DNA of 40,490 nt from Kudoa neothunni (taxonomy: Eukaryota > Animalia > Cnidaria), in the NCBI GenBank assembly GCA_964304625.1, contig OZ199840.1:9120192-9160681 (forward strand), written 5' to 3'. Both the position numbers and the translations under genes were made by a program. This document shows positions 40,283 through 40,490 of the stretch, one piece after another. Every line of letters starts with the position of its first letter. Position 1 is the stretch's first letter. The notes beneath the pieces were generated by a model. It had not been told where the DNA came from and made no database searches. It saw only the letters and a list, made by a program, of their open reading frames with translations.

Positions 40283-40490
40283 TGTTTGGGGCAATTCGTA
40301 ATGAATTCTCACAGATAAATCAACTTAATCAAACGACTACGAGCATTCGAAGTGATAGCAAAATCAAATACAACTATATAAGATTACCTATAATAGACAG
40401 ATTAGAGTGGGAACGAACGAATGAACGATAGCTAGAATTTGTATTAAACTCCTCGAGTATCAGCCAAAGTTTGCTAGATTAACCACTCAG

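Overview
AT-rich eukaryotic (animal) genomic DNA. It uses the standard genetic code and has many very short GT-AG introns (mostly ~40-100 nt), so the ORF track shows only fragments. Splicing by hand gives eight multi-exon genes: a tetraspanin (+), INO80B/PAPA-1 (-), a CC1-box coiled-coil dynein-adaptor-like protein (Spindly/BICD-like, +), PTPMT1 (-), a giant ~1,900-aa secreted protein with five degenerate VWA domains and protamine-like arginine-rich segments (-, ~21 exons, 16762-27461), an FN3-like single-pass receptor with a Tyr-rich tail (+), an NHERF-like single-PDZ protein (+) and PTEN (-). Intergenic DNA and the few large introns hold decayed DNA transposons (two piggyBac, Merlin/ISXO2, Tc1/IS630) and a diverged duplicated ORF of unknown family. 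The compact introns, strong protein divergence and TE mix suggest a fast-evolving parasitic animal such as a myxozoan cnidarian; this is inference and was not verified. The most striking object is the polycationic multi-VWA protein. All gene models are manual, and family calls rest on recalled motifs, not database searches.
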